Below, one piece after another: positions 58,076 to 64,000 of a stretch of DNA of 64,000 nucleotides. The notes below the pieces were generated by a model, which saw nothing but the letters and a program-made list of their open reading frames with translations, did no database searches and had not been told where the DNA came from. Source of the stretch: a virus (taxonomy: Duplodnaviria > Caudoviricetes); the IMG/VR virus record IMGVR_UViG_3300028833_000110, positions 31,832 to 95,831 of that record. One strand, given 5' to 3'. Position 1 is the first letter of the stretch, and each line of letters begins with the position of its first letter. The position numbers were made by a program, and so were the translations under genes.

Positions 58076-59242
58076 CTAATAGCTTATTAAAGTTTTATAA
58101 ATAACTCCTCTTTCGCCTTCATTCTTAGTACCCTCAAAAAGAGGTAATAGTACTACCTGCATTGCATCTGATAGTGGCCAACCATCACACACGAGGTCAG
58201 CAATGGCGAGAGTTTCTCTGATTGATGGGCTAATAGATATCTCAGACTTAGAATAAAGATTTCTAATATTATTAGCAATCTTAACAATTGATTCTGAGAC
58301 ATTCGAGCTCACCCCAGTTCTTTTTACTAAAACAGCAACCTCTTCTTCTTGGGGAATATAACCGAGTTCTAACATAAAAAATCTATTAACTAGAGCTCGA
58401 TCTAGTGAATTCGTTCCACAATACTCTACCCCAATATTTGCTGTAGCGATAAACGTGACTTCAGGGTGAACATTAATTTCTCTTACACCCTTTCCACAAG
58501 CTATTTCAATACTTAACTTCCTTCTGTCATCAAGGCAAGGAAGTAGTATATTCATAGCGGACTGTGGGGCCCTACTCAACTCATCTAATAGGATAATACC
58601 TGGTTCTTGAATAACTCTAGTAAACTTAGCATAGTCAAAAATGCTAGCACCAGCTTCTAATCTATGAACTCCAAGCAAAGACGATACAGGATCTATCATA
58701 CTTCCCATATCAAATGTATGTAAAGCTAGTCCTTGTCTTTCAGCTAAAATTTTAATACAACTGGTTTTTCCACAACCAGCAGGTCCCAGAATTAATGTGT
58801 TTATATGTTTTTTTACATTTCTTGACAATATTCCCCAATCATTTGTGGTTATATAAAATCCATCTTCTTCAGATGACGGAGGAATTAATTCTGGGTCAGT
58901 AGATAGACGCTCATAAAAACAGGGTATTGATCCTTTTGTCTTCTCCTCAACTTTCTCTTTTTCTGTCGGTTTGCCTACAAGAGAATTATATTCATTCATA
59001 ATTTCTGGATATTCATCTGTAAGTGGCGTAAATCCTTTTACCGTATAGTATTTAGTAGTGGCTGATAAAAAAATATCATTACTAAAATAAACCGGAATCG
59101 AAGGATTAATTATCGACTTTATGTTCCTACAGGTTACACTGAGAGATGAATCTATCTTGTTTATACCCTTAAGCTGACCATCTACTGGTTTAATTTTTGT
59201 TTTTCCTTTTTTTGTTACTAAATTAAAAAAATAGTGAACCAT
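58076..59242 (-). CDS. MoxR/CbbQ-NirQ-type AAA+ ATPase
   Basis: GPAGCGKT, LLDELSR, IATAN.G..Y.GT..LDRAL.NRF, SIRE. Confidence 0.9.
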   Translation of the reverse strand: MVHYFFNLVTKKGKTKIKPVDGQLKGINKIDSSLSVTCRNIKSIINPSIPVYFSNDIFLSATTKYYTVKGFTPLTDEYPEIMNEYNSLVGKPTEKEKVEEKTKGSIPCFYERLSTDPELIPPSSEEDGFYITTNDWGILSRNVKKHINTLILGPAGCGKTSCIKILAERQGLALHTFDMGSMIDPVSSLLGVHRLEAGASIFDYAKFTRVIQEPGIILLDELSRAPQSAMNILLPCLDDRRKLSIEIACGKGVREINVHPEVTFIATANIGVEYCGTNSLDRALVNRFFMLELGYIPQEEEVAVLVKRTGVSSNVSESIVKIANNIRNLYSKSEISISPSIRETLAIADLVCDGWPLSDAMQVVLLPLFEGTKNEGERGVIYKTLISY

Positions 59243-59340
59243 AATTTTATTTATTTATTTATTTTTTATACCATTGTAATATGAAAGCCTTATTCTCTCC
59301 CATATTACAAGTATAAGGTATTAAACCCTTATAAATAATT

Positions 59341-59823
59341 ATGAAAAATTTAAAATTATATTGTTTCAATAGATTGGACTTTATAAATTCCCTTCCACTC
59401 CCTAAAGATACTGCGGCTATTTCAATAGTTGAGACACAAGATTGTCAAAACTATTATAAAAGAAATGAACCACATCCCCTTCAAGAAAGTGATACTGTAT
59501 TTAATGCAACCTTTGATGATATAAACAATGAAACAGAATGTTATAATAATACTACATTCACCGGTTTATCTCAACCTCAGGCCCATGATTTAGCGCTTTT
59601 TATTGATAGGCAGGTAAAAGAAGGACGTAATATATATGTTCATTGTAGAGCAGGAAAGAGTAGGAGCCAGGGAGTGGTAGATTATATTAGAACTGTATAT
59701 CCAAATATAAATTGGGAACTACGAAAAGAGAATCCCTGCATAACTCCAAATGTCCAGGTAAAATCCGCCTTAATAAGATGCGCTAGAGAACTGGGCCTTG
59801 GAGAATTTGGATGTGAAAAATAA
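59341..59823 (+). CDS. Cys-based protein tyrosine/dual-specificity phosphatase
   Basis: VHCRAGKSRS P-loop; FDD. Confidence 0.85.
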   Translation: MKNLKLYCFNRLDFINSLPLPKDTAAISIVETQDCQNYYKRNEPHPLQESDTVFNATFDDINNETECYNNTTFTGLSQPQAHDLALFIDRQVKEGRNIYVHCRAGKSRSQGVVDYIRTVYPNINWELRKENPCITPNVQVKSALIRCARELGLGEFGCEK

Positions 59824-59860
59824 AATAGACTAGAATTAATTCTAATCTATTTTTTTTTAT

Positions 59861-61171
59861 TTATTTTTTAAACCCAATGTGATGATTCGGATTCTCACTT
59901 GAAAAATCTACGACGCTACTGTTAAAAATATCAGCTAAAGACATACCTTGTTTTCGGGTTTCCTCTGTTAGAACTATTCCTTGTTTCTTAGCCAATAGTT
60001 CTAATCTATCTCCACATAATGGTTTAAACTCATAATTAATTTTTAATCGTCCTTTTCTAAGTAATGCAGTGTCTACATTCGGGATCTTTGTATTAAAAGT
60101 TAATATGAATTTTATGTTGAAGTAATCTCCTAATATTCCATCACTCATATTAAGGAGCTCTGATAATATAGAAGAACTTATATTTTCTTTCGTTTCTCTA
60201 GAGACTATAAGTTTTTCACAATCCTCTATTATGTAAATAGAAGATCCACAACCTTTATCCTCTAAGAGTAAATAATTTCTTAGTTCTACCAGATGACTAA
60301 AGAGAAGATCTTGTGATAATATGTTAAATCTTTTATTTGGAAATTTTTTAGCTAGATGTTTTATACAAGTGCTTTTTCCACATCCCGGAGGACCATAAAA
60401 TATTCCAATTCCTCCCTCATCATTTCCTATAAATCTATCTATCTCTTGTTCTGGAAAATCAGAATTATAAATTTCATCCGGAATTATCTGATATCGCAAT
60501 GATATATTACGTTGGGCAAATGTTAGTCTTGAGTATGAGACTACTCCAATTCCCATAGTAATTTCATTAGAACTATTTCCCTCAGTCTTAGGGAACTTAA
60601 TTAATTGGGAATACTCATTATATATACTACAAACTTCCTGAGCCGAATCTTCTGTGAATAAAAATACAGAAGGAATATAACCATTAAAACGGCCATAACT
60701 CAATACAGCTACTAAATCATTCCCAAATAAAAATATTGGAGCAGTAGTATAGGTTATATTAGGAATTATCTCTGGACCATTTGAGGTTTTATTGTTTACA
60801 AGACAATCATTAAATACTTCTTCCTCTTCAGATTCTGTAGACTCTTCTAAATTCGGTACTATACACTTAAATGCTGGCGTTAGATTGTGTCGATCTAAAA
60901 AATCAGCACTACTAAAGAATTCATTAGCCAGTTTATCAAAATTAAACTTCTCTCTTATTTGAATATCAGACTTAATATCAATATCTTTATCATAGCTCCC
61001 AAGAAAACCCGGAAAAACTATGAATGCTTCCTTCTTAGTTATCCTTCTTAGTATGGCTTTATAATAAAACAAAACCCTATCTATATTTGAATGATCTATT
61101 GACCAAGCATCAGACTTGAAGTTGTTAAATTCAAAGGCAGTTTTGTTCCAAAGTTCTTCAGTTATTTGCAT
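59861..61171 (-). CDS. AAA ATPase
   Basis: GPPGCGKS, IIEDCE, LLN.SDG, D.ALLRKGRL, IGF tail. Confidence 0.85.
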   Translation of the reverse strand: MQITEELWNKTAFEFNNFKSDAWSIDHSNIDRVLFYYKAILRRITKKEAFIVFPGFLGSYDKDIDIKSDIQIREKFNFDKLANEFFSSADFLDRHNLTPAFKCIVPNLEESTESEEEEVFNDCLVNNKTSNGPEIIPNITYTTAPIFLFGNDLVAVLSYGRFNGYIPSVFLFTEDSAQEVCSIYNEYSQLIKFPKTEGNSSNEITMGIGVVSYSRLTFAQRNISLRYQIIPDEIYNSDFPEQEIDRFIGNDEGGIGIFYGPPGCGKSTCIKHLAKKFPNKRFNILSQDLLFSHLVELRNYLLLEDKGCGSSIYIIEDCEKLIVSRETKENISSSILSELLNMSDGILGDYFNIKFILTFNTKIPNVDTALLRKGRLKINYEFKPLCGDRLELLAKKQGIVLTEETRKQGMSLADIFNSSVVDFSSENPNHHIGFKK

Positions 61172-61562
61172 TTATATAATTTTTTATTTTTTCAATAACT
61201 ATATTTATATCTAGATTAGTTGGAAACTTAACAATATGTCTGCAAAATAAACGATCTACATAAAAAACACATACATCATCTATTTCACAATCAACATCAT
61301 CATATATTAAATCAAGCTCCTCTAGAAATTTAGTTACATGGGATCCTATATCCTTATTTTCTAATTGTTTATCGTTCCCATATTTCAGATAATACAAAAT
61401 AGTACCTAAAATATCATTAATAGATAACTCATTAGTATTATAACTAAATCTTTTATGGTGAATAGTTGCTCTTCCACAAAATGAAAACGATACAATTATT
61501 TCAAAATATGGAGATTCATTATTTAATCTTTCACCAATCTCATAGTCATTTTCACTTGTCAT
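61158..61562 (-). CDS. Hypothetical protein
   Basis: 134-aa ORF in operon. Confidence 0.6.
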   Translation of the reverse strand: MTSENDYEIGERLNNESPYFEIIVSFSFCGRATIHHKRFSYNTNELSINDILGTILYYLKYGNDKQLENKDIGSHVTKFLEELDLIYDDVDCEIDDVCVFYVDRLFCRHIVKFPTNLDINIVIEKIKNYINANN

Positions 61563-62580
61563 TTATAATTCGTATCATTTCATTGCTAATAACCTGCAGC
61601 TTAGCCCTCTCCCTAAATTCTTCCAGGGTTCTAGCATTACAATAAGACATGGCGGATCGTAGGTAAGAACTAAAATTATCAACCCATCCTGAGAGAGTAT
61701 ATTCCTTAGTAAGATTCAAAAACTTACCCTCTGAGGTTTTTAAAATCGTCTTACCCATTTCTTGTTGAGCTCGTTTTGTAGACATACCATAATACTCAAT
61801 ACTATCCCCTATTTTTTCTTCTCCGGTAGCTGCTTTGGAGAATAACATTCCACACATTACATAATCTGCTCCGAGGGCTATTGCTTTTATAATGTCTGAA
61901 TATCCTGTCATTCCTCCATCGGCTATAACTTTACATTTTCCCTTGTCTTTTGTCTTTCTAGATTTTTTATAGTCTTTCCGGATGGTATTTATTCCGTCGA
62001 GTAGTGATGCCATAGGACAATGTACCCCTAACTGTGTAGAACTTAGGCACCCCTGTCCAGAGCCAATTCCTACACGAACATAATCAAACCCAGCATCATC
62101 ATACATCTTATAAGTTTCTGGATTAGCTATGTTTCCACCCATTATCTTAATTTCTCTACCATCATTGCTATAACCCTTAAGATGTTTTTTAAGCGATACC
62201 CCAAGTTCAATCTGTGAGAGCATATGACCATTGGCTACATCTATACAAATATTGGCGGAATCAACATAACTATATTTTTTTAAGATTTCTCCACACTCAT
62301 CCATACCAAAGGCACAAAAATAATCATGCATTAATTCAAGTCTAGTTTCAAATGGTACAGTTCTTGGGATAACTACTGAAATCCTATTCTCTTCAAAAAA
62401 TTTATAGTTATTTTCATATAGTACACAAGACATAGGAGCCGTTACTAAAGGAAGATACCTTTTAAAACTAGTTATATCAGGAACCATACAATCACACTCA
62501 GATCTACTCTCTATTGTTGTAGTCGGAGTGGGAATAATACATACATCTTTTAAACTATATAATTTCTTTTCTTCTATCAT
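61552..62580 (-). CDS. IMP dehydrogenase/GMP reductase family protein (paralog 2, GMPR-like)
   Basis: TAPM, IDVANGH, MGGNIA, RVGIGSGQGC, IADGG, YYGMST, SEG, LRSAMSY. Confidence 0.9.
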   Translation of the reverse strand: MIEEKKLYSLKDVCIIPTPTTTIESRSECDCMVPDITSFKRYLPLVTAPMSCVLYENNYKFFEENRISVVIPRTVPFETRLELMHDYFCAFGMDECGEILKKYSYVDSANICIDVANGHMLSQIELGVSLKKHLKGYSNDGREIKIMGGNIANPETYKMYDDAGFDYVRVGIGSGQGCLSSTQLGVHCPMASLLDGINTIRKDYKKSRKTKDKGKCKVIADGGMTGYSDIIKAIALGADYVMCGMLFSKAATGEEKIGDSIEYYGMSTKRAQQEMGKTILKTSEGKFLNLTKEYTLSGWVDNFSSYLRSAMSYCNARTLEEFRERAKLQVISNEMIRIINDK

Positions 62581-62623
62581 AACAATTATAAGGGTATGAG
62601 GGGGATTATTGCCTTATATATAA

Positions 62624-63016
62624 ATGGATACTTTACTTTATGATGATTACAAACAAAATGGATTAATTTTTTTTATAATTAAATCATCAAACGTATTCGA
62701 ACCGGATTTTGTTTATATATTCGGAAAAAAACAGGATCTTATTAAATTTGGGGTGGATTCTGATATTTTTAGCAGAATAATGCCAGATGAAGATGATAGC
62801 TATTTACTCATAAGAACTCCTGTAGCAAATATTCCAAAAAAACACATTACAAAAGATATCATACGAGAAATAGTATCTTCTACTAAAGACAAAATGAACC
62901 ACGTCTATACTGAACCTTCACTTCGCATAGATAAAAAGTTATTCGGACAAACCCCCGAAGTATCTATTTATCTTAAAGGAAAAGAAATATTAGAGAAAAT
63001 AAACAAAAAAAAATGA
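62624..63016 (+). CDS. Hypothetical protein
   Basis: ATG 5 nt after CCTTATA. Confidence 0.65.
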   Translation: MDTLLYDDYKQNGLIFFIIKSSNVFEPDFVYIFGKKQDLIKFGVDSDIFSRIMPDEDDSYLLIRTPVANIPKKHITKDIIREIVSSTKDKMNHVYTEPSLRIDKKLFGQTPEVSIYLKGKEILEKINKKK

Positions 63017-64000
63017 ACAAAGAATTACTCAAAAATATAATAGAAACTTGGGGAAAAGCTAAAGTATATTATGTCGGTGGTTGTGTTAGGGATATGCTCC
63101 TTGGAAATGAACCTAAAGACTATGATCTTGTAGTAGACTTGAAAGACGGAGCTACTATTTTTACAGACTACCTTAAGAAAAACTGGTCTAATGTCTGCTC
63201 GGGTTTTACAATATTTCCAACTTATGGTACGGCTAAATTCAATCTCTTAGGGGAACAGGTTGAATGTGTTATGCCTAGAACCGAAACTTATAAAAACGGC
63301 CCTAGAAAACCGGATCAAGTTTCTTACGCCGGAGGAATCATGGAAGATGCTTTGCGACGTGATTTCTGCTGCAATGCCCTCTATCAGGATGTTGTTTCCG
63401 GCGTTATCCTCGATCCAACAAAAAAGGGCCTGGATGATCTAAGAAATAAAATATTAAGAACACCAATTCCAGGAGAAGATACTTTCCGCGATGATCCTCT
63501 CCGTATGCTCAGGGCTTTTAGATTCGCTTATCAGAAAGAATTTACTATAGCCCCTGAAACACTAGAATGTATTACGGATTATACTGAGTATTATAAACTC
63601 TCCATGGAAAGAGTGTGGGGTGAATTCTCTAAAATATTGGTGTGTAATAATCCGGGACAGGCTATTAGAGATCTTCACAAATATAACCTACTAACTTATA
63701 TCATCCCAGTATTAGATGCTTCTTGGGGTATGGATCAACACTCAAAGTATCATAACTTAGACCTCACTGAACATACCCTTAAAGTCCTAGAAAATACTCC
63801 CCCTGACTTAACTATTCGGACAGCAGCACTTCTTCATGACTTGGCTAAATATTATTGCCACGAAACTAAAGAAGATGGGTCCTGGAGATTTATAGGTCAT
63901 GAAAAAGAGGGTGCAAAACTGGCAAAGGAAATTCTAGAACGCCTTAAGTGTCCTGGGAAATTTATAGATGATGTTAGTGTTATTATAGAAAATCATATGG
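63013..64000 (+). CDS. cca: CCA-adding tRNA nucleotidyltransferase with HD domain (3' truncated by window)
   Basis: Manual translation: YVGGCVRD.LLG..PKDYD, YGT, EDALRRDF..NAL, DDPLRMLRAFRF, S.ERV..E, LLHDLAK. Confidence 0.92.
   Translation, partial: MNKELLKNIIETWGKAKVYYVGGCVRDMLLGNEPKDYDLVVDLKDGATIFTDYLKKNWSNVCSGFTIFPTYGTAKFNLLGEQVECVMPRTETYKNGPRKPDQVSYAGGIMEDALRRDFCCNALYQDVVSGVILDPTKKGLDDLRNKILRTPIPGEDTFRDDPLRMLRAFRFAYQKEFTIAPETLECITDYTEYYKLSMERVWGEFSKILVCNNPGQAIRDLHKYNLLTYIIPVLDASWGMDQHSKYHNLDLTEHTLKVLENTPPDLTIRTAALLHDLAKYYCHETKEDGSWRFIGHEKEGAKLAKEILERLKCPGKFIDDVSVIIENHM

Noticed and set aside
221-63442. Numerous antisense or nested ORFs in the track (e.g. 221..571, 6606..7004, 17493..17828, 41638..41988, 47765..49750, 63260..63442)
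   Set aside because: They lie opposite or inside well-supported genes and have shadow-like composition
1-64000. Stop-codon reassignment (TAG or TGA) as in some gut jumbo phages
   Set aside because: Long conserved genes are intact in the standard code; terL breaks are explained by introns; no suppressor tRNA seen

Overview
AT-rich, gene-dense segment of a large (jumbo-type) tailed phage, probably infecting Bacteroidota (inferred from A-rich start contexts, a BspA-type LRR gene and small-ORF families); standard genetic code. 1-5.8 kb (+): small accessory ORFs and a tRNA cluster (7 tRNAs plus a 126-nt tRNA-shaped RNA with a hairpin replacing the anticodon loop). 5.8-37 kb (-): NADAR, IMPDH/GMPR-like gene, endolysin, LRR protein, a terminase large subunit split by two 149-nt group I introns next to a free-standing endonuclease, and a gp26-like baseplate gene. 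37-64 kb: IF-1, two radical SAM genes, Nudix, ferritin-like, macrodomain, ClpC, nucleotidyltransferase, vWA/MoxR pair, phosphatase, AAA ATPase, second IMPDH/GMPR, CCA-adding enzyme. Main candidate system: 21 minus-strand genes at 11.5-37.2 kb share an N-terminal leader M-[KI]-I-[LKEI]-R-x(1-4)-[FY]-[SATN] fused to unrelated payloads (six HExxH Zn-peptidase paralogs, GNAT, possible ART, glycine-zipper basic proteins). Three of these genes sit between a conserved upstream RNA pseudoknot and a conserved downstream hairpin. A CCTTATA promoter-like motif recurs about 27 times, often a few nt before an ATG. All calls come from manual reading of the sequence; no database searches were run.
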